A stretch of 62,485 nucleotides of DNA, counting the filler, from Globobulimina sp. (taxonomy: Eukaryota): assembly GCA_003354225.1 (NCBI GenBank). It is 40 parts of 40 records of this genome, joined end to end, with 100 filler letters (N's around TTAATTAATTAA, not from the genome) between each part and the next. Parts side by side here need not be neighbours in the genome. Positions count along the whole stretch, not along the records: positions 61,023 to 62,485 come from PIVH01016277.1; 39 more parts are not named here. The stretch is one strand, 5' to 3'. Positions within the stretch are counted from its first letter, which is position 1, and each line of letters begins with the position of its first letter. The position numbers were made by a program, and so were the translations under genes. Of this stretch, positions 61,430 to 62,485 are shown piece after piece. The notes beneath the pieces are model-generated. The model ran no database searches. It was given only the letters and a program-made list of their open reading frames with translations, and was not told the origin of the DNA.

Positions 61430-62485
61430 TTGTTCGAAAATGAGCAAAGTTCTGATGGTGAAAAGCCAGCCCTACGAAAGCAAGGCAAAGTAACAAGTTG
61501 TGCCCAAGTCGAGAACGGCTCAGATGCAGTGACATTAAACGGACAAATAAGAATACTCCACGACAATAATAGTCCCTATGATGAATTTGAACAGAAAGAG
61601 ATTTTTTTTTATGCCGCAATTAAATTACAACTGGAAATCAATGATTTAATTAGCTTTGAAATCTCGTATTTTGATGATGGCCGACCCTACGCAAACAATA
61701 TAAAAATAGTCAAATACAGCGGTATAAGACATACTGCTCACATCGAAGCATTATCTGCCGACATATTCCAATGTTCTGTATTCACCAACAACCAAAGCAT
61801 CAATGTATGATATCTTCGATTTCCCTCTCACGCAAATTCGCTCACAAATAAGCAAATAAACCGTACCCAAACAGGTGGGCGTGGACGGTCAATATTGTGT
61901 CAATGCAGTACACGATGCTCTTTGTCATGGATCACAGATTGAATTCTCTTTGGACCACGACGACGAACGTCGCAATTTATGGACCGCCAAACGAATCATT
62001 TTATTAAACAAGAAAAAGAAAAGGAAATATGACATTGATGTGGATGACACCATACACGATTTAGTTGACATTAACTTGGGACAAATGCATGACAACTCCA
62101 TCATGGATCGCATTCCTATCAGCAACCGACCACAACAACGAGAGGAGGAACACAAACTCGATCCCAATGACCGCTATTTAATCGCAAACAACCCCGCGGA
62201 CATTGTATGGATTGAAACGAATGAGCGCAAGTATAAAACCACCAAATCCTCCATCAACTATGATATGCGCATTTATATTGATGTGCCTTTTGAAGCGGAC
62301 GATGCGTTGCGAGAAGGCAGCAAAAAATTGAATGAGTTGCGTCCGCTGAACCAATTTGACCGCGTCTCTGATATGCGGCGACAAGAAATCATCCGCACGC
62401 AGCAGAAATGTATCTTTTTATGGCTTCGCTATTGGTGCTGCAAAATTATCCAACGCCGCACCGCCTTGCCTTCATTCATCAAATT
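61430..62485 (+). CDS. Protein with N-terminal cold-shock/OB-fold-like domains (intron 61805-61874), 3'-truncated
   Basis: QGKV...GQI...EIFF...LEINDLISFEI...GRPYANNI; after splicing the frame stays open to the window end. Confidence 0.6.

Overview
This is not one locus. It is 40 unrelated contigs of about 1.46 kb, sorted by length (1466 down to 1463 bp) and joined by 39 identical artificial 100-bp spacers (N44-TTAATTAATTAA-N44), so gene neighbourhoods cannot be read across spacers. Most contigs are AT-rich eukaryotic DNA with short GT-AG introns (mostly 52-94 bp, one 254 bp). The gene repertoire (CDPK, SAM/coiled-coil, Kelch, Tudor-knot, Cys-rich PT-repeat proteins, poly-Asn tracts) suggests a protist, plausibly a foraminifer or other rhizarian; that assignment is inference. 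There is one bacterial contig (Wzc-like plus Wzx) and one animal-like EGF gene. Recognisable housekeeping fragments are TOR, Timeless, GPAT, NSUN3/4, OMA1, MscS, a cNMP-gated channel and a reprolysin. Mobile elements are a DIRS-order RNase H plus tyrosine recombinase, two non-LTR retrotransposon pieces, a KDZ transposase and an 80-bp TA-flanked MITE. Best leads for new biology: a DYW-type cytidine deaminase (RNA-editing enzyme family) with intact zinc/catalytic motifs but a non-DYW tail; a Pls/PosA-type poly(amino acid) synthetase domain that looks like a spliced exon; the KDZ transposase with flanking repeats; and a divergent SecA-like ATPase. All calls come from motif recognition by eye; no searches were run.
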